Made by a program: the position numbers and the translations under genes. This document shows, in pieces, positions 63,691 to 64,000 of a stretch of DNA of 64,000 nt. The DNA is from Torpedo marmorata (Eukaryota). The notes under the pieces were generated by a model that saw only the letters and a list, made by a program, of their open reading frames with translations, made no database searches and had not been told where the DNA came from. The DNA is taken from contig OZ360236.1 of the NCBI GenBank assembly GCA_977017645.1, positions 20,460,001 to 20,524,000 of the forward strand, in the 5' to 3' direction. Numbering within the stretch: position 1 is the stretch's first letter; each line of letters begins with the position of its first letter.

Positions 63691-64000
63691 ATCCGAGTGG
63701 TGTTCTCCCCGTTTCTGGCGCCCTGCTTCATTTGAAGATTGATGGTAACAACTCGTCTGGAAGAATGGTGTGGTTGCTCTGTCCAATGTTTTTTTCCAAC
63801 TTTGTGCATGGATCTTCATGGTACACAAACCATCTAAAACTAAACACATAACTAAAAAAATATCCACAATTATCAGTTAATGCTTTGTGTTTTCAGCAGA
63901 TTTAAACACAATAATACATCATATGAACATTGTAAATCTTTTTTTGAATAGAATTCTCACTACAAATCAGTCATATTTACAGTTGAAACCAAATTATAAC

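Overview
Vertebrate genomic DNA, most likely from a shark or ray (inferred from HE1/V-type SINEs plus CR1, Rex1, Penelope and Tx1 content). The only host gene I can support is LAMA5 (laminin alpha-5) on the minus strand: coding exon 1 at 39982-40242 and exon 2 at 31004-31153, with no further exon recognised in the remaining 31 kb. The other features I can support are mostly transposons: a near-complete Passer (DD35D pogo) element, a Tigger4/Zombi-like element, pogo and hAT MITEs, SINEs with 5S, tRNA-Thr and V-type heads, and Penelope ends carrying minimal hammerhead motifs. Upstream of LAMA5 is a 15-kb nested TE cluster (48144-63331), a hAT element split by a Rex1 LINE and by a BEL/Pao LTR element. 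The BEL element is itself split by an inverted solo LTR, an L1 fragment containing a CR1, and another Rex1. This BEL element is the most unusual object. Once the younger insertions are removed it encodes one polyprotein: a SAFB/SLTM-like SAP N-terminus, a heptad minisatellite, Gag, protease, and then a MIPOL1-like coiled coil in apparently permuted order in place of RT, RNase H and integrase. Family and homology names come from recalled sequences and need database confirmation.
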